64,000 nucleotides of DNA from Macrostomum lignano (Eukaryota): NCBI GenBank assembly GCA_002269645.1, contig NIVC01003751.1, positions 1-64,000 of the forward strand. Direction: 5' to 3'. Positions 34,290 to 47,100 of the stretch are shown piece by piece. How positions within the stretch are numbered: position 1 is the first letter of the stretch; each line of letters begins with the position of its first letter. A program made the translations under genes and the position numbers. The notes beneath the pieces are model-generated. The model saw nothing but the letters and a program-made list of their open reading frames with translations, was not told where the DNA came from and did not search any database.

Positions 34290-37200
34290 GATCGCTAATC
34301 AGAAGCCTCTCCGGCGGCCTCCGATCCCTAACTGGCCTACCTACCACTACTGGTATGGGAGACGCTTCCACCTGAGTGGTGCAAGGAGGTGGCGCAGGAG
34401 ACTGCACCGCCGAAAAAGGTTCGGGAAGGGGGACGCATGGACAGGTGAAAAAGAAGCAGCAGGTGCAGACGCATTCAAACCAGGCACACCATCATGGCGA
34501 TCACCATACGGCAGTGGCTCACGCCGAAATGCACTTGCCTGGTTCGCTGGTGTCGTGACCGGTCCACCTCCTGGCTGCACATCCGGGATCGCCAACGGCC
34601 GGAAGCGCCACCGGAAGGCCGGCCATGCGTCATCATCATCATCGTCCTCGTCCGGATCGTCCTCCGGAATCGGTGTCAGAGTCGCGGGTCCTGCACCGTC
34701 CGGGGCATCAGTCAACCTGCAGCGCTTCTTGGCCTGGTCGACTTCTGGATCCGAAGTCAGCTGGTAGTCGGCATCAGGGACGAGTAGCAGATTCCGGCGA
34801 TGGACTACTAGCTCGTCGCGCCTGGCCCGCGGGTTTGGCACTCTACGGCGAATCTTGTAGACGACCTCGCCCTTGGGTTCGACTACCTCGTACAGCGCTT
34901 TGCGAGGTCGATGGAACTTCGCCGCTTCATCCGGTTCGAGCACCGGGTTGTTGAGGAAAACCAGGTCACCAGGTTGGAGCTTCTTGGCAGCGGGCAGGTT
35001 CGAATAGTGCTCGTCGCGCAGTTGCTGATGCAGATGCAGGCGTTCTTTGGCTAGCTCAGTCGCTTCGTCCAAACGGCGCTGGAAGTCCTTGACATAGTCA
35101 GGCAGATTGGCATACTCCGGCAGCTTCTTGATCGCGTTGTCGATTGGTAGTCGAAAGTCTCGACCAAACACCAGGTAGTGAGGCGTGAAACCTGTCACCG
35201 GGTGTACACTAGAGCGGAGCGCCATCAAGCAGGCTGGGAGGAAGGTGTCCCAGTCGTTATGGTTGCGCTCGAGGAGGCAGGTGAGGACACTCTTCAGCTG
35301 CTTGTTGAGGTTCTCGACTTGCCCATTAGAAGCTGGGTTGTACGGTGTTGTCGTCGTATGCCGGATGCCAAACAGGTCGCAGAACTTCTTGAAAGCTGAG
35401 CCAGTGAAATTGGTTCCTTGATCAGTGTGTATCCAGCATGGTACACCAAAGTCAGGGATCAAGCGCTCCTGCAGGATCTTGATGACCGTCTTGGCTTTCT
35501 GGTTCCTCATCGGATAGGCGAACGGGTACTTCGACGTCGCGTCGCATAGCGTCAAGATGTAGCGGTTCCCGCTCTTGCTCTTCTGGGCGATAGGGCCTAC
35601 TACATCGCAATGTACTCTTCCCAGGACTTCGCACACAGGGAAGCTCTGTACAGGTACTCGGTCTCGTCTTCGGGATTTACTTTCAAGACAGGCGCGGCAC
35701 TTACTGATAAAGTTCTCGGTGACACGGGCTAGTCCGGGCCTCCAGAATCGTTCACGTAGCCGCTTCAACGTCTTCGTCTGGCCGAGGTGTCCACACAGTG
35801 GCGAACTGTGGAGCTCCTGGAGCACCTGGGCATCTAGAGCTTCGGGCAGGACAACCTTCGGGGGCTGCTGGCCATCAGTCAGATCGATCATCAGCAGGCC
35901 GTTGTCCTCTCGCAGATTATCATAATATCCGAGCAGATTCCGCTGCTCCTTCGTCAGTCGCAACCGGGCGTCGAACTCAGGCTTCAGGGCTTTGTTCTCG
36001 ACCAAGTTGAGCACGTAGCTGATTGCTCGGTCGGCGCGCTGCGCGTCGACAAACTGTTGCCGCGTCATCGGCATCCTCATAAAATCAGTGAGCACGGCGC
36101 GGCATGGCTGAGGGTTCCGGATTTCCTCAGTCTCCGCTTCTGTGGCTCGCAGTTGATCACGCGACTCCGTCTTGTCGGCGTCAGGATTAGGTCGCTCCGA
36201 GGGACTTTGTCTCACAACGTCGGCGTACGATCGCTGATCTCGTTTCGAAGTTCTCATCGTCGCTCTCTTGACAGGAATTTCCGCAGCTGGAGCAGTGCAC
36301 TTGCCTCCACTGCACAGCCCAGGCGACTCTTGGCTGTAGGGCGAGACGCAACACGTGAAGCACGCCTCGTCGCAGGCAGCCGTAGCCGTCGGCTCGATCA
36401 TCGTCGTCATTGGGTGAGTCTTCTCCAGCACTGGGCGGTGTCGCAAAGGGGGACTCGACTTTCCGCACAGGCGATGAGCAGCTGTCTGTCGGCTCGGGGG
36501 ACAGAGCGTTGACCTTGCAGCCGTCGCGAGAGTCTGGCCTCTGTCAACACGGCGAGAACTCTCAGCGCAAAACTCCGGGGAGTTGAACTTACATTGCTGG
36601 TCTGGATTCGCGTTGTGGGCTGTCATCAGAAGGGCTGCTTGTTCAGTGGCCTCTGAGTCGTGGTCCATGGGCGTCTCCAGATTCCGAGACCCGCAGTCTT
36701 GGACATCATCAAGGAGGTCTACGTCAGCAGTGGCCTCCGAGGGTTTGTCCGGGCGAATCTCCAAGTAACGGCAGTCGGCGTGGGCGTCGCTGCGGAGGGC
36801 TGAGGTGTCAGTGGCCTCCGGGTTGGTGTCCAAACCGGTCTCCAGGCGTTGACTGCAGCGATGGTCGTCGTGCTGAAGGACTGCTGGCGCAGTGGCCTCC
36901 AGGTCTTCGGCCAGGGCAGTTTCGGCCTCCTTGTTGCGAGTGTGGACCTTCTTCGCGGGCTGCTCTCGCAGTGGCCTCACGGTGGTGTCCAATTCCGGCT
37001 CCAGGCTGGTGTCATCACCGGTCGGGCTGCAGAACGGGTGCTCAGCAGTCGGCCATGTTCGAAGTCAACCGGTGGTGTCTCCGGGCGTCTTGACAGGGCG
37101 TCAGCGTTGGCGTGGTCCTTGCCTTTGCGATGGTGAAGCTGGAAGCGGAACTCGCTTAATCGCTCAATCCAACGGCCCAAGATGCCTGTGACCTGCGTCT

Positions 37201-39470
37201 GGTTCAGCAGCCACAGCAAGGCCCGATGGTCAGAACGAACTTCAAACTTCTTGCCGATTAAATAATGACGGAAATGTCGCATCGCGTCCACGATTGCAAG
37301 CAGCTCTTTCTTCGTGACCGTGTAGCGCTTCTCAGGATCACGAAGCTTCCGGCTAAAGAATGCAATTGGGCGCTCGACGCCGTCGGATTGCCGTTGTCCA
37401 AGACAAGCGCCTATGCGAATGTCTGAGGCATCCGTGTCTAGGACAAACTTCACATTAGGATCTGAGTTAAACTCAGGCAGAGCGAGAACTTCAGTCGAAC
37501 ACAACTTCTTCTTCAACGTGTCGAACGCTACCTGGTGCTCATCAGTCCAATGCTGCCGCAGGCTGCCGATGTCCTTTCGAGTCAGGGCATGTAGCGGCGC
37601 AGCAAATCCAGCGTAGCCGTTGACAAACTTGTGGTAGTAATTGGCGAGGCCTAGGAATTGTCTCAGTTGAGTAACGGACTGTGGCACGGGCCAATCACGG
37701 ATCTGCGCAATCTTGTCCTCACAGGTCTTCAGGCCGTCGGGAGTCACGACGTGGCCTAGATAATGCAGCTCCTTGAGGAACAAATGGCACTTCTTCGGCT
37801 TGACCTTGAGGTTGGCTGCGATAATCCGCTGGAGTACAGTCCGCAGGTTGTCCAGCTGCTCCTCGAAGGTCACAGAGTGCACCACGATGTCATCCATGTA
37901 GCCAAGCGCAGTCTTTGGCGTCAGGCCGTCCAGGAGCTTATTGATGCAACGCTGAAAGCTGCCTGGACTATCGTGGAGACCCATCGGTAGAACATTGAAA
38001 CAGAATTGTCCGCGGTCAATCACAGAGAACGCCGTCAGGTGCTGATCGCAGTCGCGCAGCGGGATCTGCCAGAATCCTTGAGCGAGATCCAAGCTAGAGT
38101 ACCACTGGGCACCACGCAGCTTCGCGAAGGTCTCCTGAATGTGCGGCAGCGGGTACGGGTGGTACACACACTTGTCGTTGAGAGCTCTGAAGTCATGCAC
38201 CAGCCTGATGTTGCCGTCCTTCTTGGGCACTATCAGCATTGGCGAGTTGTAGCTAGAATAAGCCGGGCGAATGATGTGCTTCGCCAGCATCTCGTCTAGC
38301 AGGGCGTCTAGCTTGTCCTTCAGATGAGGCGGGATCCTGCGCGGTGGTAGCGCAACTGGTGTCCGATCCTTCAGGATGATCTCGTGGGTCACCAGTGTGT
38401 CAGGCCAGCGTCTAGCAGATGCTTCGAGAAGGCTGCTTGACACTCAACTAGTAGATCTCGCACTCTCTGTCGTTGATCTTCGGACAGCTCGCTGTTGATC
38501 TCGACTTCCTCTAGCCAAGCTGTGCTGGACTCTTCAGGGCTCCTTGGCAAATGTCGCACTTCAGGTTCCGGCGTCTCTTCCAGGTACATCAGGTCGGCAG
38601 TTCTAAGTGGTGTCGCAACACCAACGCGGATGCCCGACTGCAGGAACACCTCACAGTCAGCAGTGTTGACGACCTCGATGTAGCCTCGACCTTCAGGCAT
38701 AGTCATCAGAGCTGGAGCTGCTTCCAGAGTGTTGCAGCTGGGGTGCAGTCTCGACTTCACCAGCTCGACGATTGATGGCGATCCTCGGTTCTCGGGGTGG
38801 CCGACATCCAACTGGACGGCCAACAGCGCTGAACTTCTCGGCGGCAGAGTGCACTTCTCGGAGGTGTACACCCGGCATGATTGAAGCTCACGGCGCGAAT
38901 AGCGAACGGGAATGCACGCGCCATTGTTGAACTTTAACATTCCTTGAGCAAAGTCCAAGTTCTGGCAGTGTTCACGCATGAAATTAATACCAAGCAAATT
39001 TTCACAATCGGTGACCGTGACCAGGAATTCGGTGTCCGCGACGACATCACCGAACTCCACCGGGATGATCACCTTACACGCAAGGGGTAGCTGCGTACCG
39101 TCGTACATGGTCACGCAATCCGGGATAGCATGCGATATGATACAACGAGGCATCCGACGTCTAACATTGGCCCAGGTCGACGCTCCAAGAAAGTTTTTCC
39201 GACTGCCGCTGTCTAGTAGGAAAGGGACTTCTCGGCCCGCCAATCGGCCGGTGACGTACGGATCAGCCTCACGCGCATGGATTTTTTGATCATCGGAGGT
39301 GTCCACGAAACCTCCGCACTCAGCCTCACTTACTGATGAGCGACTGTCGGACTGGGCATTGGCGTCTGCGCAGCCGACATCCTCTTCTTCTGGTGAGCGT
39401 TCGGAGTCTGCCAAGTAGCCGGGGCTTGGGCTCTGCGGAGGGCGTTGCCGTGGGCGCTCTCCGTCTCGCC
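34290..39470 (-). CDS. pol: Gypsy pol: protease, RT, RNase H, integrase (split by single-base frameshifts at ~38395, ~37060, ~34420)
   Basis: LLDSGS protease; LPMGL and YMDD RT; DTDAS, KKELLA, DHRAL, DALSR RNase H; HHCC zinc finger and HCDVVGP/HTDQG/QVENLN integrase; RPVRDRRPPERL tail. Confidence 0.95.
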
Positions 39471-40498
39471 GTTTCCCTGGTTCTGGCGTAACGGGCACTG
39501 TGCATTGCGATGACCAGGCTGACCGCAGCCATAGCAGATCATGGCTTTCGCCGGCGGACTCGTCTTCTGCTGCTGGTCACGCTGCACCAGGTTGTCTAGC
39601 AGTCGCTGCTGTTTCTCTAGCAGATCAGTCAGAGCCAGGAGAGCTTGAGCGGTGGCGTCGGGCGTCGGGTCACCGTCGCGCTCCCCGTTCAGCATGCGAA
39701 CCGGGGGTTGAGCAGAGCGCTGCGCCAGTTCTTGGCGCCTTCCAGACGATGGAGTTCTCGAATAGCGGCCAGCAGATTGTTCGGGCGGACCCAATAGAGC
39801 CGCTCGCGCAGATCTGGTGTCGTCCTGATGCCAGCTAGGAACTGATCAGCCAGCTCCCGCTCTCGATCCTCAGGGTGCATTCGAGGGTACGCTCGCTCTC
39901 CCAAGGTGCGCAGGGCATCAGCGTACTCTTCTGCTGACTCATTCTTGCCTTGCTGACGGCGCCTCAGCAGCTCTCGATATTCATCCGCGCCACCGTGGCG
40001 GGCGAATCTCTCGATCAGTCGCTGCCTGACCTCCTCGTAGCCAGCATAGCGTGGGAGGTGCATACTGAGCAGAGCCGGGTAAGCGGTTGCCAGATCTAGA
40101 CTCGCAACGAGGTGCTGCTTCATCTCGATCGGGTCTTCGATACGCTCCATCTCGCAGCGCTGCTCGAACGCGGCGAGCCAGACGTGGATGTCCTGGCTGG
40201 GCGTGTACTTTACAATCTTAACAGATTTGCTTACCGGCCGCTCCATCTGCTGCTGCAGAGCTGCCATCATCGTTCTCACATCCTGGGGCCTGATGTTCTG
40301 GCCGAGGTCGTCCAAACCTGGCAGAAGCTCGTCTGGCGGGTCTTCGGACACTTCGCTTCTCGCACTTCGCCGCGGCATCTGCTGACCAAGGTCGTTGACC
40401 GCTGCTGCTGCGGCAGCCGATGCTGCTGCAGGTCTCGAACTGCTGATGTGCTGATCCAGCCGGCTGCTGCACCGGCTCTCTTCTCTCTCGTTAAACAT
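39330..40498 (-). CDS. gag: Gypsy gag with CCHC zinc knuckle (frameshift at ~39740)
   Basis: ATG at 40498; capsid-like RRQQGKNESAEEYADALRTL..AYP..LADQFLAG; CYGCGQPGHRNAQC. Confidence 0.92.
39440..39477 (-). promoter_or_regulatory. -1 ribosomal frameshift signal (G GGA AAC plus 3' stem-loop)
   Basis: Slippery heptamer in the gag frame; the -1 frame is the protease ORF; 7-nt spacer, then CGGAGAGCG/CGCCCTCCG stem. Confidence 0.75.
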
Positions 40499-40607
40499 TT
40501 CAAATTAGTAGAATAGCCGAATTCTTACTCGAAAGAGCGGTTGTCTTGGGTGTAGTAGTAGTCGAATCTTGACTTGTCGGATCCCAGATAGTCGTGTCGT
40601 TGACTCG

Positions 40608-40629
40608 TCGAATCCCACCGCTGCCACCA
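40608..40629 (-). promoter_or_regulatory. Primer binding site for tRNA-Leu
   Basis: TGGTGGCAGCGGTGGGATTCGA, 1 nt after the 5' LTR; complementary to the metazoan tRNA-Leu 3' end UCGAAUCCCACCGCUGCCACCA. Confidence 0.9.
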
Positions 40630-40630
40630 G

Positions 40631-41753
40631 TGAAGTATAGGTGTCTTGCCTGTGGTTGTCTAGAGGCCTTCAATAGGAACGCTGCCCCGGTGAAGTACAG
40701 TTGCTTGAGCTCCTCTGGGAAGTCTCCGGGTTGATCTAGCGTTGGTAGTGCTGCCACCAGCTTCGCAGAGTCGCAGCCTTCGGTGAGGTGCTGAGCTCGT
40801 AGAAGCAAATAACTAAGACGAGAGAAAGAGACTCGCACTTCGTGCAGATTTAGCAGTTCTCGCGCAGAGGTGCCCACCGTCAGCAGTCCCTGCCGGGCTG
40901 GTGCGGGGTGAGAGCGAAAGTGCTAGCTTCGGGCGATCCGAGCTGGCCTGCTAATTGATAGCAGGAACAATCAGAGGCAGTCACGCGCAAAGTCGGGAGT
41001 TTGGAGTTCACTTTAAGCGTCAACTTGGCACACAACTTAGAGTTCGCTAGAAACGAAACGGAAGGAACGCTAGGAAAGCTTGGAAAGCTAGGAACGCGAG
41101 GAACGGTAGGAACGCTGAAAACGCAGAAACGAGAGGCTGAAACGGAAGGGCCGGTTAACGGAAGGAAAGAAAGGCTTGTCTGAGCCAAGCCAGGAGAGGG
41201 GCTGCATTTATAGGGAGGATCGATTGCACCATAGCACGAAAGGCCCCCGCTGAGAGTCATAAGTGACTCTGTTGCTATTTTTAGCAACAAACAAGCGGGC
41301 CCTGCCTCAGAGGAGGCAAGGGGGGGTCCGGGCGCACGTGATCTCCCCATAAACACGAGCCCAGCGTACAATGATGAAATCATTGCACTTTGGACTAAAG
41401 AAGGAAGAGGGCCTTGTCATGTGACTGACTCACATGACAAGGGGAAACGGCCCACAAGTGAAGGCACTCGTGACCGTGGGACCGGAAAACAGAAAGGCAC
41501 TCCAAATTTGGAGATGCCTGACAGAGAACGAAACAGAGGCAGGCCAGACCAAGCTGTCTGGGCACTGCAAAAAGGGAAAGCGAGACAAAAGGGGCAAACG
41601 AGGACAAACAGACAGACAGACAAACGGGCAGAGGACAGGCCAGGGACAGGCGGGAGGGACAGGCAACTGCCCAGCGGCAGACAGAAACCTGGGGAGAAGG
41701 CGAGGGCAACAGCTGACTAGTGCGGCGCCTAACTAAACTAGCGACTCACTACA
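40631..41753 (-). repeat. 5' LTR
   Basis: Matches the 3' LTR; one substitution and one 1-bp indel noticed. Confidence 0.97.
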
Positions 41754-42974
41754 ATAGCAATTCCACCCGCCGTTCAACCAGCATCTCAGAGGTGACGATG
41801 AAGCATTATGGGATGTCTGCGCAGTAGCCAATGGTAGGGCCGCTAGCAACAAGAGCTCTTCGAATCTTCGTCGGCTATTGCCACTTCCTTTTTAGTACAA
41901 ATCTGTACTACGTAGCGACTAGTATTGTATATTTCGTTATAATCCTAAATATGAATGAACTGATATTAATAGGCTTCCACCAGAATCCCTTTAGTTGTTT
42001 ACGAACTACACGCTTAAGTATCAGCATTCGGACGATATAGCGGAAATCCATTAATTCGTTGTCTTTGTGTATTTCGGTGAGGCTTCATAAAAGGATAGGA
42101 AGTAAGCAGATTGCTTCTGTGATAAGATCTGTGACTAATAAATAACATTATACCGCACACATTTTTACAGGACATATAGAGACAGCTGACACTAAGACAC
42201 AGACATAAGACTGCATGTAGACGGACAGACAAACAGCTAGTACAGACAGAATTTTTAACTAAATAGCACCAATGGTTCCATATGAGAATTGCCCGCATGC
42301 GAATTGCTTTCAGCGTGCATTTTTCCGCAGCGCATTTGGCTACGCGGCAGATTTTGTCAGCATTGCTCTCCAATACTTAGTAAGTCTTAATGAAAAGATT
42401 TAGGGGACAAAGCGACATGGCATAGCTCCGCAAATCGAAAAAAGTCTGAAAAGTCCGAAATCTAGACTGGAAAAGTAAAAAATATATCCACCGAATGCGC
42501 CGTGGCTTCGTATTGCAAAGAATTTGAAAACATTTCTAATGCAATCCCGGACACAATTATCTAGGTGGCGCATCTCAGCGGAACTGTGCCTTTATTTGTC
42601 TGGTTTGGCACGCACAGCTGCACGTCCTGCCACCCACAAACCAACGTTTCGCTCAAGGACTACTCAAGTAGAAGGATTACGGACTTGGGAAATTTTAGGA
42701 GGCAGGTTGTTTTTCCGAAAAAGTACATTACGGAAATGCATGTAGTGTATAGTAGGAGGTTCTCATTTTTAGCACAAAATTTGTTATTGCTTTTGATAGG
42801 AGACAGACCGAATGACTTTCAGCTTTTGATATGTCTTGCTTTTATTATAGCTTTATTGATATTTATATAGAGCTTCTTCTATAAAATTAGTGTTGAAAGT
42901 TCTAAATGTTAATTTTATATCTACATGTACGTAGATGATCAAACGTTGGCTTCCAGCTCGTCTCAGGGATCATT

Positions 42975-43135
42975 TTGACGCCGCAGGCACTCATTTTGGC
43001 GCCACAGGCATTACTTTTGGCACCGCATGCACTCATTTTGGCGCCGGAGGCACTCATTTTGGCGCCGCACGCACTCCTTTGGCGCCGCAGGCACTCATTT
43101 TGGCGCTGTAGGCACTCATTTTAGCGCCGTAAGCG
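42975..43135. repeat. Short tandem repeat (GCACTCATTTTGGCGCCGCAG-like), about 7 copies
   Basis: Visible periodicity. Confidence 0.8.
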
Positions 43136-43536
43136 CTATTTTTTGCGCCCTGAAGAAAAATTATTGATTATCACAACGAGTCACAATGTGGGGTAGGAAA
43201 AGCATTGGCATGCCCCCCATAGCTTTACGGGGGGGGGGACATGTCCCCCGTGTCCCTCCGGTGGCGACGCGCCTGGTCTTGCTACGCAGTCAGCTTTGCG
43301 TATTTTGCTGCATTCGCGTAGCAGGAGCAGTCACATCTAACCATTTACACCGGAGAACAAACCGGGGGATACATGCAGATAATTTACGAATCTGTAAAGC
43401 CTACATAATTTTAGAGCATTTGCAATTTTTTACAAAAAGAATAAATTAAATGGTGTTAATCTTGTAATAATAACATAATTAGCTGCCTAAATGTTTGCTT
43501 AAATGCACACTAAGTTAGTTAACAGGTCGAGTTCAG

Positions 43537-43915
43537 GGGTCTCCCTAAAACACGCACCGCACCGCCCCGAACCGCTACACATTATAACATTTTTTGTCAA
43601 CGCAGTATTTGATTGCAAGGAAAACTATTTGTTGTAAGAGTAATGGAATAAATATCTTTAATTATTATTATAAATATTGTTATTATTTTTTATATTCTCG
43701 TTTTGATTATTAAATTATATTATTATTACTTTATTAATATTATTATTAATATCACTTATTATTCACTGAATTTTATATTTCAAATTAAAAAAACTAAATT
43801 TAATAAAAGCTTTGAAGCTTAACAGAAAACGCATTTTTAGTGTCTTCAGTTATAGTCCAATTTGTTTTAATGTGTAGCGCTGCAGGGCGGTGCGGGGCGT
43901 GTTTTAGGGAGACCC
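43537..43915. mobile_element. MITE with ~48-bp TIRs and 8-bp TSD (GAGTTCAG)
   Basis: GGGTCTCCCTAAAACACG... inverted at both ends; TSD at 43529-43536 and 43916-43923; AT-rich interior. Confidence 0.9.
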
Positions 43916-44113
43916 GAGTTCAGCGCCACCCTAGCTACCGAATGCTAAATAATTGTTGGCCGCGCCAATTATATTAATATTTTCGTTTGTATGGCAATCT
44001 CATTAAGGCTGAGTTGAGAACTGAGATCTCAGTATTTTATTATCTTATCTCATTTATCCTAAACTATTGTAACAAGGCAAATTAGGATTTTAAACATTAA
44101 AAATTAACTACAG

Positions 44114-47100
44114 ATGCGTCTTGCATTAGTGCTTGTTTTCTTTTCTGTTATCCTTGGTAAGTAGGCCTACCCTAAGTAAGTTCAATAGATCTACTTAGAA
44201 AATTACTATGCCTAGGGCATGCTATGCCTAATTTTTCCTGACGTGATAGCTGTAATTTTGTCTTTAACACATTAAAAAATTTCATTATTGACTCTTGACT
44301 GACATTATTTAGGCCTATCAGTATGACTGACTAGGCCTAAGACTAGGCCTAGTAAGAGTTGTGACTAGGCCAATTAAAATGATACTCAATTTATAATATA
44401 AACTGAGGCACTAATATAAGCATATATGGTATTTTTATTATTTAATATTATTATTATTATTATTTTATTATTAGGCCCTATTATTAATATTGTGGCATTA
44501 CCTATAATAATTAATATTTTTATTATTAAAAAATAAAATAATATCAAATAATAATTTATTATTGTTATAAGCATCTATCTATTGTCATTCATTTAAAAGT
44601 TTTGAATTTATAGTATTCCATTAAGCCCCATGGCCATAGTTAGGAACACCCTAAATATATGCCAAACTAAAATCTCCTACAATTTTTTGGTATGCCAGTA
44701 TATGCCAAACTTTTCTAACCCAACCCAAAATCCCAGGAAAATATGTCTTGTTATGAGTAGTTTAGTAAAACTATTTTATTTCTAATAATATATATTCTCT
44801 AAACAAATTAATGTATTAAACAGCTCTAGGCTTAGCATAATTTTTTTTTAATTTCATGTTGGCATAAAATTGAAAAAAACAAATTTTCATTCTGGCATTG
44901 TGCTTGCCATGATCTAGGCTATGGCATAATATATGCCCAAAGATTTAAGTGTGCATTGTTGGCCTTGCACCATAGCCAAGATCATGGCATGCCTATGCCA
45001 GAATAAATCTTATCAAAAAAGATGAATTGTGCTATATGCCAAAACTATTCCTATCAAATAAGTCTACTTATATCATGTACTGGAACTTTTTTAAAAAGAA
45101 ACACAAAAGCAATATTTTTCAATGTAATGTTTGTATTTGAATCTGTTTCATAGAAAATGCAATGTGCTAAAAGGTAAAGCCACTAGGCCTTATCTATTAA
45201 CCTTTGTCTGTCTCTATGTTAATTTAATTTTTAAAGCATAATAAGTTAAGATATTATATTAGATGGTAAGCAATAGGAGGAGACTAAGCTGACAATATCC
45301 AAGGGCAGTTCAAAAGAGGAATAATAACTTAATAGATACGCTAATAGGCAAGGCTGCTTGGCATGGTAGTCATTGAATAGTCATGTTAGCGTCTATAATC
45401 ACAAGCAATCTAGAAGTCTCAAGAAGGTAGGTGTTACAAGAAGTTGAAAACAATGGAGAAAGAAAGGGTAGTTAGTAGGTGCTTATTGGAAGATTATAAA
45501 GATCTAGGAGCAATCAAAATATTGACTTAGTCTAGAAAAAATGTAGAAAAAGTTACCAATTTGGGTGCTAAGTTTCTCTAAGAAAGCTCAGTCTTATAAG
45601 AAAACAGAACAACACAAGGGACCAATAACAAAGAACTCCTCCCACCAACCACATAGTGGCCAAAAAGGGGGAGGAGTTAGATAGCACACTGATTAGGACA
45701 GGTCCCTCAAAAAGTCACATTTCCTTTTATATATCCAAAATTTCATAAGACCAAAATATTTAACCCTTAAACCCTTTAAGCCTTTTAACCATTTTTGCAC
45801 TGCTTTAAATTTAATAGGAAATTAACTTATATCAAGTCAAGTTTATAAGAATTGCCTATTGAGATTTGTCTGCCAAACTTCCCACCAAGATTTGCCCCTG
45901 GTGCATTTTGCCTATGAGCAAATTGCCCACTAAAATTAGCCTATAATGCAGTTTGATAGCAAGTGAATTTTAAGTGAATTACATATAGTCACATGGCAGA
46001 TTTTGTCTACACCCCCTCCCCCAATACTTGTATCACATAAGTCTTGATGAAGAGATTTAGTAGACAAAGCAACTGTATATACATTAATTAATAGCTCACT
46101 GATGTACCCTTGAATATAGGGCCTATATAGAACTAACAAAAAAGCATTTTGCATGCAGTTATTATCTAAATGTTTTGATTGGGTAAATCTCTTTATTAAG
46201 AGTTACTAAGCATTAGGAGGCAATGCAAACAAAATCTACCACATGGCTAAATGCTCTATAGTAAAAAAGCACTATAGGCAAACCTTGTAGATAATTCAGG
46301 CAAATTGCAGTGGACAAATCTTGGGAGGCAATTCTTAATGAACAATTTGTAAATGATTCTTATATGCTCTATTAAGTCATTTAACTGTCACAGGGCTATT
46401 TCTTCTACTCTATATATTTCAATCCCACTGTTAAGCCACCAAGTTGTAATAGGCATTTCGGCTTTCTTTATAAATCTCAAAGTTGTACTAAAGCTTTCCT
46501 TATTTAGTTAATTATATCCCTTTTTTCTAATATTTCTAACTGTCATATATTTCTAGGTAGCATTCTTGGTAGTATTCTGGTAGCATTCTTAGCAATGTTC
46601 TTGTAGCATCATTAGTATATGGTCCAAGTGGTCTTACTGGTATATGTATTTCTCTCCAGTCTGGGCAGTACTGAGATTAGAGGGTCATAGCAATTACTCT
46701 TAGTATTCTATTTGCATGAATTCCCAATTCTGACTTTCAACCTTCTTTACAATACTCTTAGAAATAAGCAATGATCTGTAAACTGAACTCATTTGATCTT
46801 ATAGCTATTGAACAAGTTTAACGCAAGTTTTGAACAAGCTATAAATGATTTGATCACATGAGCAAGTTGGTTCTCTCTCCCTAAACTTTGCTCCTATTTA
46901 TACTAACTGAAACAAGTGTATTTTGACAAAAGGCTATTATTATAGAGAATATTTTGAAAAGTAAAACAACATACATTTTTGGCGTGTAAGTTTGAATTTA
47001 AGCTTTCTAAGAAACCCCACCACGGCATCATATAACCTATATATAAAGATGTGTATATATGTCTATATTCCTAGTTTTTTAAAGTAAAAGAAATTGCCAG

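Larger units (their letters stand above)
31589..41753 (-). mobile_element. Full-length Ty3/Gypsy LTR retrotransposon (10165 bp)
   Basis: TG...CA LTRs of 1122 and 1123 bp, ATAG TSD (31585-31588, 41754-41757), PBS, PPT, gag-PR-RT-RH-IN order. Confidence 0.98.

Noticed and set aside
33901-40516. Numerous plus-strand ORFs across the retrotransposon
   Set aside because: Antisense shadows of GC-rich gag/pol
40608-40629. tRNA gene
   Set aside because: Only the 3' 22 nt including CCA are present, so it is a PBS. SINE heads are likewise not full cloverleaves.
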